Shown here in pieces: positions 28,325 through 39,327 of a stretch of 64,000 bases of DNA (position 1 is its first letter; each line of letters starts with the position of its first letter). Source of the DNA: Dehalococcoidia bacterium (GTDB lineage Bacteria; Chloroflexota; Dehalococcoidia; Lucifugimonadales; UBA3495); the NCBI GenBank assembly GCA_965204805.1, contig OZ242013.1, forward strand, positions 2,605,232 to 2,669,231. The letters run 5' to 3'. The translations under genes and the position numbers were made by a program. The notes under the pieces were generated by a model, which saw only the letters and a list, made by a program, of their open reading frames with translations, searched no databases and was not told where the DNA came from.

Positions 28325-29301
28325 TGGGACTGCCTCAGTGCCTTGACCAGACGGTCCAATGTTTCCAGGTTGTTAGCATAGAAATCCGTAAGCCCGCCTT
28401 CCACCTGGCCGCTGTCCGTTACTTTGATGTCCGAAGCGGAGCACTCGCCCTTGTCATCCTTTGCGAAGGAGTAAATCGCCAGGTCGTCGGGGGTCAGTGT
28501 ACCCTCAGCTACCAGCAGGAGCAGGCGTTCTACCAGGTGCTCGCTGTGGGTCGTCATGATTATCTGCTTGTCCTCAGCCTTCGCCAACTCCGCCAGCACC
28601 TCCGCCAACTCCGCCTGCGCCTTCGGGTGCAGGTGGATTTCCGGTTCCTCAATCAGGATGGTTGCGCCACTATATGCGGCTATTAGTTGGTAAAGAAGCT
28701 GGATTAGAGCATTTGCTCCAAATCCTTCGGCCGCGATGTTAACCCACCCCTCGGGGATAATTGACCTCGCTACGACCTGCCGAGGCGGAGAAGGCAGCAC
28801 GCGCACGCCGGTTCCCGTTACCCTCTTTAGCATATTTGATAGTTCTTCTTGCGAATCGACGTTGTAAGCAAGATTTGTAGCCAATTGTTCTTCCTGAAAG
28901 TCTAGACCCTGCTGGGTCGGTATATGCTGTGGTATGTCATCACCCAAATCATACACACCCCTAACCAATCCTCTCGCTGCAGGCACATACGCCAGTAGTC
29001 CAAGCGCAGATCTTCGTGCAGCAGACAACTCTTTGGAATCGCTAACATTGACGTCGATTTTGAATTCTGGAGGTTGACGAATGAAATTAGGCGATTCGTT
29101 AATGTAATTACTGATGAGTTTGGGTTCTTTTTCGCGCTCGAACGGGTCGATGCCCACCTCCAAGTGCCTGAGTAGCAACAGCGCCTGCAGCACGCTGGAC
29201 TTCCCTGTGCCGTTAGGGCCGATCAGCACCGTCAGCAGCTTCGGGTTGATGCTGACGTGACGGAAGCACTTGAAGTTCTCCAGCGTGATGTTCGTAATCA
29301 T
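28321..29301 (-). CDS. AAA15/AAA21-type (ABC/OLD-like) ATPase, 326 aa
   Basis: 'ITLENFKCFRHVSI...LTVLIGPNGTGKSSVLQAL' (Walker A), 'ILIEEPEIHLHPKAQ' (Walker B/D-loop), 'IMTTHSEHLVERL' (H-loop), and a DUF3696-like tail 'LAIYSFAKDDKGE...'. Confidence 0.8.
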   Translation of the reverse strand: MITNITLENFKCFRHVSINPKLLTVLIGPNGTGKSSVLQALLLLRHLEVGIDPFEREKEPKLISNYINESPNFIRQPPEFKIDVNVSDSKELSAARRSALGLLAYVPAARGLVRGVYDLGDDIPQHIPTQQGLDFQEEQLATNLAYNVDSQEELSNMLKRVTGTGVRVLPSPPRQVVARSIIPEGWVNIAAEGFGANALIQLLYQLIAAYSGATILIEEPEIHLHPKAQAELAEVLAELAKAEDKQIIMTTHSEHLVERLLLLVAEGTLTPDDLAIYSFAKDDKGECSASDIKVTDSGQVEGGLTDFYANNLETLDRLVKALRQSQ

Positions 29302-29362
29302 GGCGACGCCTTCCCGCCATCAATTGTATCAGGCAGGCCTTCGGCGACGGTGAGTGGGGAGA

Positions 29363-29398
29363 CGCCCTCACCATGGACCTCTCCCGGAAGGAGAGGGG
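29363..29398. repeat. REP-like element family 1, degenerate copy J
   Basis: CGCCCTCACCATGGACCTCTCCCGGAAGGAGAGGGG. It shares GGGGAGACGCCCTCACC with copy H. Confidence 0.45.
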
Positions 29399-29546
29399 AC
29401 AGTCTGTGTCAGCGAGGGGTGTCGCCGCCCGCCAGCACCGGCCCCGCGCGGACCACCGCCCCGTCCGTGAGCACCACCCCGTCGGCGCAGTACGCCTCGA
29501 TGCGCCCCTCGTTGTACTGCTCGGCGTACAGCCGAGTATAGATGCC

Positions 29547-31364
29547 TCAACGTTCCAGCAACTCCGCGTGGGTGCCGTAGTCGTGGATCCTGCCGCCGCT
29601 GATGGTGAAAATAACGTCCGCCGCCATGATGGTCGACAGCCGGTGCGCTATGACCAGCGTCGTGCGGCCCTGCACCAGCGGCGCCAGCGCCGATTGCAGC
29701 CGCCGCTCACTGGCCGTGTCCAGCGCCGATGTCGCCTCGTCCAAGATCAGGATGCGCGGCTGGTGCAGCAGGGTCCGGGCGATGGACAACCGTTGCCGCT
29801 CGCCGATGGACAGTCCGAACCCCCGCTCGCCCACCACGGTCCCATACCCGGCGGGCAGCTCCATGATTCGGTCGTGGATATACGCCGCCCTGGCCGCCGC
29901 CGTGACCTCTTCGCGCGTGGCGTCGGGCTTGGCGTAGCGCAGGTTCTCCTCGATGCTTGTCTGCATCAGGAAGCTCTCTTGAGTAACGAACCCCACCACA
30001 TCCGACAGGTCGGCCAGCCTCACCTGCCGCACGTCCCTCCCGTCGATGGACACCGATCCTTCCGTCACATCGTACAGCCGCGGCACCAAGGCTGCGATGG
30101 AGGTCTTGCCAGCGCCGCTGGGCCCCACGAAAGCCGCCAGTTGCCCCGGTTCGATGCGGAAGCTGACGCCGTCCAGCGCCCACTGCCGCGTCTGGCCGTT
30201 CTCTTGCAGGTCACCGGCACTCCCGTGGTATCTGTTGTTGTCCACCCGCACCGAGTCGAACACCACCTCTCCCAGGACCTTGTCGCGCTCCAGCCGTACC
30301 GCGTCGGGAGCGTCCGTAATCTCCTGCTCCAGGTCCAGGTAGCCGAATATCCGCTCGAACAGCGCCACCGACGACTGCAACTCCACCGATACTTGGAGCA
30401 GCCGCTCCACCGGACGGTACAGCTGCGCCTGCAACGCCGTGAACGCGATGATAGTCCCCGCCGTTGCCGCTCCCGCTCCGCCCATGAATATCAGGTAGCC
30501 CGCCAGCAGGTACACCAATGCCGGCGACAGCGTCAGGAAGGCGGACGCGGCGGCGTAGAAGCTCTGCGCGATCATCTGCTGCCGGACGGCGAAACGCGAC
30601 AGCTCCTCGTTGTGCCGCCGGAAGTGGTGCAGCTCGTCGTGCTGACGCCCGAACAGCTTGGCCAGCAGGATGCCGGGCAGAGACAGCGTTTCCTCGGTAA
30701 TCGCCGTCACTTGCGCCATCGAGCTTTGTGCGCTGGCCATTACCTCGCGCCGCTTGCGTCCCACCCAGCGCGTCAGCACGAAGAACACCGGCAGGATCGC
30801 CATTGCCACCAGAGTGAACTCCCACGAGAGAAACAGCATGGCCACCACCACGGCAATCAGCGCCGCGACGCTGGAAGCCGAGTCGGCGAAGGTGCTGGTT
30901 ACGACCGGCTCGATGCCGTTGATGTCGTGGGAAACCCGCGACTGCATCTCCCCGGTCCGGGTCCGCGCCAGGAAGCTCAGCGACATTCCCAGCAAGTGGT
31001 CATAGACCGCCTCCTGCAAGTTGCCGGTAACGTCCTGCCCCACCTTGCTGGTCAGGTAGGTCTGGGCAATGTTCAGCGCTCCCCCCGCTACGGCAATGGC
31101 CGCCATCAGCCCGGCGAGCAGCCACAGCAGCGTCAGGTTCAGCCCGCCGCCGGTGGGAAACAGCGCCGAGTCGAACACCTCCTTGACCAGCACCGGATTG
31201 GCCACGCCTGCAACGGAGTTGACCGCTATCAGCAGGCCAATTGCCGCTACCGGCAGCTTGTACGGCCCGAACAGACCGATGATCCTGCGCGGCAGGCCGT
31301 GCCGGCCCCGGTTGTAGAGTTCACGGTGATGGTGGGGTTCCGTCGAGTGCGCCATCACCCCCAT
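29547..31364 (-). CDS. ABC exporter, fused permease/ATPase half-transporter (MsbA/LmrCD-like), subunit 2
   Basis: Six-TM ABC_membrane region, then 'GPSGAGKTSIAALV', 'LSIGERQRLSIART' and 'ILILDEATSALD'. Confidence 0.9.
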   Translation of the reverse strand: MGVMAHSTEPHHHRELYNRGRHGLPRRIIGLFGPYKLPVAAIGLLIAVNSVAGVANPVLVKEVFDSALFPTGGGLNLTLLWLLAGLMAAIAVAGGALNIAQTYLTSKVGQDVTGNLQEAVYDHLLGMSLSFLARTRTGEMQSRVSHDINGIEPVVTSTFADSASSVAALIAVVVAMLFLSWEFTLVAMAILPVFFVLTRWVGRKRREVMASAQSSMAQVTAITEETLSLPGILLAKLFGRQHDELHHFRRHNEELSRFAVRQQMIAQSFYAAASAFLTLSPALVYLLAGYLIFMGGAGAATAGTIIAFTALQAQLYRPVERLLQVSVELQSSVALFERIFGYLDLEQEITDAPDAVRLERDKVLGEVVFDSVRVDNNRYHGSAGDLQENGQTRQWALDGVSFRIEPGQLAAFVGPSGAGKTSIAALVPRLYDVTEGSVSIDGRDVRQVRLADLSDVVGFVTQESFLMQTSIEENLRYAKPDATREEVTAAARAAYIHDRIMELPAGYGTVVGERGFGLSIGERQRLSIARTLLHQPRILILDEATSALDTASERRLQSALAPLVQGRTTLVIAHRLSTIMAADVIFTISGGRIHDYGTHAELLER

Positions 31365-31377
31365 CCATGTTTATTTG

Positions 31378-33399
31378 TCAGGGGCGCCCCGTCGTGGCGG
31401 GTTCCTGTTCTTGGGCTTCCAAGGGGACTATGCTGCCGTCCCTGTAAACCACGCCGTCCCGGAAGCGGGCCTCGATGCGTCCGCTGTCGTACTGCTCCCG
31501 ATAGAGGCGGGCATACAAGCAGTCGTTGGACAGCAACTCATCGTGAGGGCCCGACTCCACGATCTTGCCCTGGTCTACCACGTATATCACGTCTGCGGAC
31601 ATTATGGTGGAAAGGCGATGGGCGACGACCAGCGTGGTGCGTCCTTGCATCAGCGGTTGCAGCGCCGCCTGCACGTAGCGTTCGCTGGCCGTATCCAGCG
31701 ACGAGGTCGCTTCATCCAGAATCAGCACCCGCGGCTGATGCAGGATTACGCGGGCGATGGACAGTCTCTGCCTCTCGCCGCCCGACAGCCGGAAACCGCG
31801 CTCGCCGACGATGGTGTTATAGCCCTCGGGCAGTTCCATTATGCGGTCGTGTATGAAGGCCGCCTTGGCCGCATCCACTACTTCATAGCAGGAGGCGTGG
31901 GGATTGGCATACAGCAGGTTCCTCTCCATGCTGGCGTGGAACAGGTAGCTCTCCTGTGTGACATAGCCGATGATTTCCGAAAGGTCCGCCAGCCGGATTT
32001 CCCGCACGTCAATCCCGTCGATGCGCACCGACCCCTCGGTGACGTCGTACAGCCGAGGCACCAGCGATGCGATTGTCGTCTTGCCTGCGCCGCTGGGACC
32101 GACGAAGGCGGCCATCTGCCCCGGCGGGATTCGGAAGCTGACGCCGTCCAGCGCCCATTGCCGGTCGTCGTCAGCCGTCTCTCCTTCACGGGCGCCCAGC
32201 TCCTCAATCTCGCCGCGCCGGTAGTTGACCCGCACCGAGTCGAAGGTGATTTCCCCGGCAACCTTGCTTGCGGGCATCGGACGGGCGTTGGGTGAATCGG
32301 TGATTTCCTGCCTCATGTCCAGGTAACCGAAGATACGCTCGAACATAGCCAGGGACGATTGAAGCTCCACCGACACTTGCAGCAGCCGCCCCACCGGAAA
32401 GTACAGGCGGTTTTGCAGGACGGTGAATGCGATGACAGTGCCTGCGGTAATCACCGAAGGGCCGCCCCCGGCCATGATGTACCCCGCCAGCAGGTAGATG
32501 GCTACCGGGCTGGCGGAAAGGAAGGCCATCACCACCGCAAAGAAGGAATGCCCTATCATCTGCTGGCGCACCGTCAGGTCGGAAAGCTCCTGGTTGTGGC
32601 GGCGGAAGTTCGCCATCTCCTCGTGCTGCCGCCCGAAGAGCTTGGCCAGCATGATTCCCGAAACCGACAGCGTTTCCTGGGTGATGACCGTCATCTCGGC
32701 CATGGACTTCTGGGTCTTGGAAGTAATCTCCCGTCGCTTCCGGCCCACCCACTGGGCCATGAAGAAGTAGAGAGGCACCGTCGCCACGGCCACCAGGGTC
32801 AACTGCCACGACAGGAAGAGCATGGCGCCGAGGGTGCTGGCGAGGATGGCGATGTTGGCAATGGTGTCGCTGAGGGTGGTGGTCACTACTTGCTGGATAC
32901 CGCCCACGTCGTTGGACACCCGGGACTGTATCTCGCCGGTGCGGGTGCTGGTGAAGAACCGCAGCGACATCCCCTGAAGGTGAGCGTACACGGCGTCGCG
33001 CAGGTCGCGCATCACGTACTGCCCGACCTTGTTGGTCATGTAGGTCTGGAAGATGCCCATGGCCGCGTTGGCCGCGGCGATAGCCACCATCACGCCGCCT
33101 AGAATCCACAGCAGCCGGATGTCCGGGCCGCCGCTCCCCGGCGCTATTCCCAGCCCGTCGTCGAACACCACCTGTATGAGCATGGGGTTGACCACGCCTA
33201 GGCCCGAGGTGCACAGGATGAAGAACACCACGACGGCCACATGGAACTGATAGGGCCTGAAGAGCCACACCACGCGCGGCACCAAGTTGCCCCCGGCGTT
33301 TGTCGCCGGTTCCTGAGGTGGCAGTCCTCCAGTCAGCGGGAGACCGCGATGTGACGGAATCCTGACCATCGCGCTACTTCCGGCTTTCAGCCAACACAA
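31378..33399 (-). CDS. ABC exporter, fused permease/ATPase half-transporter, subunit 1
   Basis: 'GPSGAGKTTIASLV', 'LSGGERQRLSIARV' and 'VLILDEATSSLD'. The N-terminal start is uncertain (ATG 33369 is an alternative). It is adjacent to a paralog, so a heterodimer is likely. Confidence 0.9.
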   Translation of the reverse strand: MCWLKAGSSAMVRIPSHRGLPLTGGLPPQEPATNAGGNLVPRVVWLFRPYQFHVAVVVFFILCTSGLGVVNPMLIQVVFDDGLGIAPGSGGPDIRLLWILGGVMVAIAAANAAMGIFQTYMTNKVGQYVMRDLRDAVYAHLQGMSLRFFTSTRTGEIQSRVSNDVGGIQQVVTTTLSDTIANIAILASTLGAMLFLSWQLTLVAVATVPLYFFMAQWVGRKRREITSKTQKSMAEMTVITQETLSVSGIMLAKLFGRQHEEMANFRRHNQELSDLTVRQQMIGHSFFAVVMAFLSASPVAIYLLAGYIMAGGGPSVITAGTVIAFTVLQNRLYFPVGRLLQVSVELQSSLAMFERIFGYLDMRQEITDSPNARPMPASKVAGEITFDSVRVNYRRGEIEELGAREGETADDDRQWALDGVSFRIPPGQMAAFVGPSGAGKTTIASLVPRLYDVTEGSVRIDGIDVREIRLADLSEIIGYVTQESYLFHASMERNLLYANPHASCYEVVDAAKAAFIHDRIMELPEGYNTIVGERGFRLSGGERQRLSIARVILHQPRVLILDEATSSLDTASERYVQAALQPLMQGRTTLVVAHRLSTIMSADVIYVVDQGKIVESGPHDELLSNDCLYARLYREQYDSGRIEARFRDGVVYRDGSIVPLEAQEQEPATTGRP

Positions 33400-33483
33400 T
33401 CAGGGTAGCCAAGGACTTCTAAACCATATTGTATAGCAATATCTTATATCAACAGATTAATATGAGAGAAAAGTGAAAGAGAA

Positions 33484-33508
33484 CCCTCTCCCTTCTCAGG
33501 GAGAGGGG
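33484..33508 (-). terminator. REP-family hairpin (copy E) acting as a likely terminator of the monooxygenase gene
   Basis: On the minus strand, CCCCTCTCCC-TGAGAA-GGGAGAGGG is followed by TTCTCTTTCACTTTTCTCTC. Confidence 0.45.
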
Positions 33509-33535
33509 TAGTGATTAGCCTTCAGCTTGGGCAGG

Positions 33536-34666
33536 CTACCAGTCCCTGATGACCGGCAGCACCTCCTTGCCGAAAAGTCCAATGTTGGACATAGTGGCGT
33601 CATGGGACATCTTGGACTCCTGGCCGTACATGATCAGGTGGTCCATGCCCAGACGCTTGTGGATGTACTCCAGCTTCTCCAACACCTGGTCCGGCGTGCC
33701 GCAGACGATGTGGTAGTTCTCCTTCAGTTCCTCGTAGGTCTGGTTCGCCAGGGGCTTGACCGTGCGGCGTGCGGCGATGGACGCGCTGGCCTGGGAGCGG
33801 TAGCCCACCGGGTTCATGTACTCCCGCGGCGCGCGGGTGGTTGCGCCCATGCGCCAGACGAAGTGCCGGGCTTCCTCGTCGGCCTTCGCCGGGTCCTTGT
33901 CCACGTAGCAGCACAGCAGGTATCCGAAGTTGTCGGGCGTGGTCTCCCGTCCCTCCTCGGCGGCGGCCTGACGGTACATACCGAACAGCTCCTCGGTCAC
34001 GTCCACGTCCGTCAGGAAGGCGACGTAGGTATAGCCGTGGCGTCCGGCCCACTCCGCGGTTTCGGGGCTGGACGTGCCGGGCACCCACACCGGCGGATGC
34101 GGCTTCTGGATAGGCACCATCCACGGGTTGACCGCCCGGTAGTTGTAGTGCTTGCCTTCCCAGCGGAAGGGGCCGGGCGTAGTCCACGTCTTGATTAGCA
34201 GGTCGTGGCACTCCTCGAACCGCTCCCGGTTCTCCACCGGGTTCATGTTGGTGGACACGGTTTCGACACCGGTCCCGCGCACCATGCCGGATATGACCCG
34301 CCCGCCGGAGATGACGTCAATCATCGCAATCTCTTCCGCCAGCCGCACCGGGTTCTCGTGGATGGGCAGGATGTTGCCCAGCAGCAGAATCCGCGCGTTC
34401 TGCGTAGTGCGGGCCAGCACGGCCGCGGTAAGGTTGCAAGAAGCGTTCATGCACGACGGCGTGCTGTGGTGCTCATTGACCATGATGCCGTCATAGCCCA
34501 GCTCGTCCACATACTGGCACTCGTCAAAATACCGCTTGAACAGCCCGTTGGCGGTATCCGGGTCAAAGTTGCTGTTGGGAAAGGTAAGCCGGATCGAAGG
34601 GTACTTGAGACTCTCCTCGTCGGAGTACTCGTGGTAGGGAAACTCGCTGAAGTAGTAGACCTTCAT
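33536..34666 (-). CDS. luciferase-like (LLM class) flavin-dependent monooxygenase
   Basis: 'MKVYYFSEFPYHEYSDEE...YDGIMVNEHHSTP', typical of LLM oxidoreductases. I trimmed the start to the ATG preceded by AGGAGA. Confidence 0.8.
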   Translation of the reverse strand: MKVYYFSEFPYHEYSDEESLKYPSIRLTFPNSNFDPDTANGLFKRYFDECQYVDELGYDGIMVNEHHSTPSCMNASCNLTAAVLARTTQNARILLLGNILPIHENPVRLAEEIAMIDVISGGRVISGMVRGTGVETVSTNMNPVENRERFEECHDLLIKTWTTPGPFRWEGKHYNYRAVNPWMVPIQKPHPPVWVPGTSSPETAEWAGRHGYTYVAFLTDVDVTEELFGMYRQAAAEEGRETTPDNFGYLLCCYVDKDPAKADEEARHFVWRMGATTRAPREYMNPVGYRSQASASIAARRTVKPLANQTYEELKENYHIVCGTPDQVLEKLEYIHKRLGMDHLIMYGQESKMSHDATMSNIGLFGKEVLPVIRDW

Positions 34667-34767
34667 GGGGGTGATTTCTCCTAGATAACCCATTTGGTGG
34701 GTCATTGCTGTGCCTGTATTCGTGCAGTACAGGATACCACTGAGACGACGCCGAAAGTCGTAACTGA

Positions 34768-35691
34768 CTAATCCAATTGCAGTTCGACGATCGATGGGTC
34801 GATGCGGAAGTGTTGGAGTAGGAGCGTGCTAGATTTGACTATTGCCTCCGAACTCTGTTTTGCCCTGATGTATATGCCCCCAGAAACCTCCTTGGGTTGC
34901 TCGAAGGGCTTCCCGCTCGGACCGAAGGGAGAGGAGTTAATGGAGGCTATTCCCATAATCGGCAGTTTGTCGGCAGTGAGTGTTCCACGCTGAACCAGCC
35001 ACTCGGCGATTTCATGGAATACTTGCCACCATGCTCCGATATCATGCGGGTTGTCGTTGCTAAACTTGATAGCTTTGGGAGGTTTTTGACCTTTAACATT
35101 TGTTATTTGGCTCAACGGAATTCGATTTCCGGGAACCGGGGGCATGGGACTCGGTTCGGGTGGAGCTGGTTCGGGGAGTGGTTCAGGTATAACCGGCTCG
35201 CTGGCCGCCACTGGCTGCCCCGACGACAGGTTGGGCCGCCAGAGCAGCAGCAGTTTCAGAGCCGCCTCGTGAGTTGGAGTATCTGTCAAGGTCACTTGTA
35301 GGATAGTGCGGTCATTGTCTGCAATCTTTGTTAGGTCAACGAAATACCAACGGTTGCCATCGGTCAGACCCGCGTATCTAACTTTCAGACTCCAAGCATA
35401 ATCGAAAATTTGCTTTTCGTGGTTTTCCAGAGATTCACCCAAACGCTTGGCTTCGATGGAAGCAACTAGCTGACCGTTAGACCCTAACAGTCCGTAATCA
35501 GCTCGACCAGAGCCCGCGTTATATTCAGGTCTAACAGACGCTGGGTCTGCCGCGTTCCATACTATTGCTGCCAGCAGCGGGTCAATCAATGCGACACGGG
35601 TGCGGATTTCGTTTTCTCGCAGTACATGACCATGAGTGTCAATGCGCTCTTTGAGTAGCTCGATTACTCCAACCAAATCTTCCAACAGCAT
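34768..35691 (-). CDS. HsdR_N-like (PD-(D/E)xK-type) N-terminal domain protein with an unknown C-terminal domain
   Basis: 'ENEIRTRVALIDPLLAAIVWN...RPEYNAGSGRADYGLL...ASIEAKRLGESL...QIFDYA...GLTDGNRWYF' matches the type I restriction enzyme R N-terminal domain pattern. A Pro-rich linker and ~130 aa of unknown sequence follow. The region is visibly AT-richer than the flanks. Confidence 0.6.
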   Translation of the reverse strand: MLLEDLVGVIELLKERIDTHGHVLRENEIRTRVALIDPLLAAIVWNAADPASVRPEYNAGSGRADYGLLGSNGQLVASIEAKRLGESLENHEKQIFDYAWSLKVRYAGLTDGNRWYFVDLTKIADNDRTILQVTLTDTPTHEAALKLLLLWRPNLSSGQPVAASEPVIPEPLPEPAPPEPSPMPPVPGNRIPLSQITNVKGQKPPKAIKFSNDNPHDIGAWWQVFHEIAEWLVQRGTLTADKLPIMGIASINSSPFGPSGKPFEQPKEVSGGIYIRAKQSSEAIVKSSTLLLQHFRIDPSIVELQLD

Positions 35692-35770
35692 CGCGGCACC
35701 TTCAGGTAGGCGTTTGACTATTGTAGCAAATCGTCCACCGCCAGCCACACACCGAGCAAAGTCTGGCTGG

Positions 35771-36205
35771 TCATGCCGCCAGTCCCTCCACCGCCGGATT
35801 GCAGCCCAGCAGTTCCAAGGCCTCCATCACTTCGTTTATCGAGCTTTTGTAGTCCAGCGAAAGCAGCCTCTTGACGTGCGCTTCCGGCAGGTTCAGCCGC
35901 CGAGCCAAGTCTGAGACGGTGACGCCCTGCTCACGCATAGCAACGTACAAATCCAGTTGGGCGGCGATGAGCGGCTGGACGGTCAAAAGCTCTTGACCCT
36001 TTGACCAACGGCTGGGCGTGGGCAGTTCCTCTTGACAATCCGCGTAAGACGCCAGGGATACGACCAAGCAGTCCTCGGCCATGATGATGGCCTCTTTGAA
36101 AGTAAAGCCGCCGGTGTTGGCCCCCTTCAGGTCGGAGAATTTTACGGCGAATCCATCCCCATCGTCTTCGTCGCCTATGATGTCGCATGGGAATGTGTAT
36201 CGCAT
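35771..36205 (-). CDS. hicB: HicB-family antitoxin (full-length type with C-terminal HTH), no adjacent hicA
   Basis: 'MRYTFPCDIIGDEDDGDGFAVKFSDLKGANTGGFTFKEAIIMAEDCL...LPTPS' plus HTH 'VTVSDLARRLNLPEAHVKRLLSL'. It is collinear with E. coli-type HicB. Confidence 0.8.
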   Translation of the reverse strand: MRYTFPCDIIGDEDDGDGFAVKFSDLKGANTGGFTFKEAIIMAEDCLVVSLASYADCQEELPTPSRWSKGQELLTVQPLIAAQLDLYVAMREQGVTVSDLARRLNLPEAHVKRLLSLDYKSSINEVMEALELLGCNPAVEGLAA

Positions 36206-36226
36206 CTTCAGAACTTCCTCCTAAAT

Positions 36227-36302
36227 TGTCTGAATCAGGATTATCAAGATTAAAGGATTTTCAGGATAAAGACCTGGCATCCTGAAAATCCTGATTCAGA
36301 CA
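36227..36302. repeat. palindromic intergenic element family 2, copy 2
   Basis: TGTCTGAATCAGGATTATCAAGATTAAAGGATTTTCAGGAT...ATCCTGAAAATCCTGATTCAGACA. Confidence 0.65.
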
Positions 36303-36316
36303 TAATCAGCTATCCT

Positions 36317-38248
<1,932 letters not shown>

Positions 38249-38260
38249 GTTACGGCTCCT

Positions 38261-38464
38261 TTACTGCCTGTTTTCTCGGCCGATTATGGGGATAGAGAGT
38301 CTGCGACATATACCGCGAGCAGTCTGGTTGTCGATCTTTGTATGTCTTGGCACTGGGTTGGTTTCTCTTGTATTTGGGTTGACCCAAATCGAATGAGCTC
38401 TGCCTTCTCGAAGCAATCGGCACCCGTGCTCCTCAAGGTGACGAATCAAGTCTCCACGTTTCAC
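38261..38464 (-). CDS. hicA: HicA-family mRNA interferase toxin
   Basis: 'MKRGDLIRHLEEHGCRLLREGRAHSIWVNP', 67 aa. It overlaps the upstream HicB-like stop by 4 nt. Confidence 0.85.
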   Translation of the reverse strand: MKRGDLIRHLEEHGCRLLREGRAHSIWVNPNTRETNPVPRHTKIDNQTARGICRRLSIPIIGRENRQ

Positions 38465-38751
38465 TGGACGACAATCACCTCTCGGACGGCTTCGATAGGA
38501 ACTTCGCGCAGTCTTTCTTCCCGCTCGACTTCCAGCATCAGCAAAATCGCCTCCGCCAGATTCTCCAGCACGTCCTCCCTAGTCTTACCTTGACCGAGAG
38601 CGCCAGGAACTTCCAGGCAATGAGCGACTAGCCACTCCTCGCCCTGTTCAATGACCGCAGTGAATTCGTTGCACACCAAGAACTCCTGCTTTCTGTAGGT
38701 GAATGTCGCCTGTGTACCACCGGGCATCAATTCTTTGGTTAACTGTTTCAT
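38461..38751 (-). CDS. HicB-like (UPF0150) antitoxin, copy 1
   Basis: 'CNEFTAVIEQGEEWLVAHCLEVPGALGQGKTREDVLENLAEAI'. I trimmed the start to ATG 38751 ('MKQLTKEL'). Confidence 0.75.
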   Translation of the reverse strand: MKQLTKELMPGGTQATFTYRKQEFLVCNEFTAVIEQGEEWLVAHCLEVPGALGQGKTREDVLENLAEAILLMLEVEREERLREVPIEAVREVIVVQ

Positions 38752-38809
38752 GGTTTGCCCTCCAACCAGTAAAAAGCGATAACCAATAGCACCAAAACGG
38801 CCTTCCATA

Positions 38810-39100
38810 TCAATACAGGGAAATGGTTTCCTGTACAGCAATGACCTCCTGCGTGGCATCGGTCGGAAGATCGAACAGAACGTCTTCCATGGTTTTCTCA
38901 CGTCGGGCCTGTAGTGCGTGTTTTATCGCTTCGGACAGATTCTCCCGGACTTCATCCATCGTATTGCCTTCCGCGTTGGCTCCGGGCACCTCAATGCAGT
39001 AGGCGAAATAGCGCGGCTCTTCCCCGCTGTCGTCCAACTCAAATATCGCCGTAAACTCGTTTCGCACTACGACCTCCTGATTGCTCCCTCCCTTCCTCAA
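38810..39100 (-). CDS. HicB-like (UPF0150) antitoxin, copy 2
   Basis: 'RNEFTAIFELDDSGEEPRYFAYCIEVPGANAEGNTMDEVRENLSEAI', a paralog of 38461..38751. Confidence 0.7.
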   Translation of the reverse strand: MRKGGSNQEVVVRNEFTAIFELDDSGEEPRYFAYCIEVPGANAEGNTMDEVRENLSEAIKHALQARREKTMEDVLFDLPTDATQEVIAVQETISLY

Positions 39101-39327
39101 ACAGAGGGTTATGATAAGTAGGGAACTGCATCTACTCTACTGTAATATAATGCGGCCCGCCCCAGCCCAAAGCCCGGGACGGGCCGACGCATTTTGTTAC
39201 ATTCTAGCTTTCGAGATTGGCAGCAGCAAGGTGGACTCCACCCTCGCGTTGACCCTGTTCGCGCCCGTAACCTACAATCTCTGAAACCACCGGAACATCC
39301 CGAATCAGATAAGGAAAAGGGGGAACG

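Noticed and set aside
29373-31856. Very long antisense ORFs in the track. Examples are the 827-aa ORF at 29373..31856 (+), the 650-aa ORF at 36641..38593 (+), the 384-aa ORF at 19201..20355 (+), and 305..892 (-), 7222..7914 (-) and 13015..13851 (-).
   Set aside because: Each lies opposite a gene with unmistakable family motifs (ABC exporter, acs, SBP, ybaB, GMC, MetE-like). Each has the Arg/Gly/Pro/His-rich composition typical of shadow frames in high-GC DNA.
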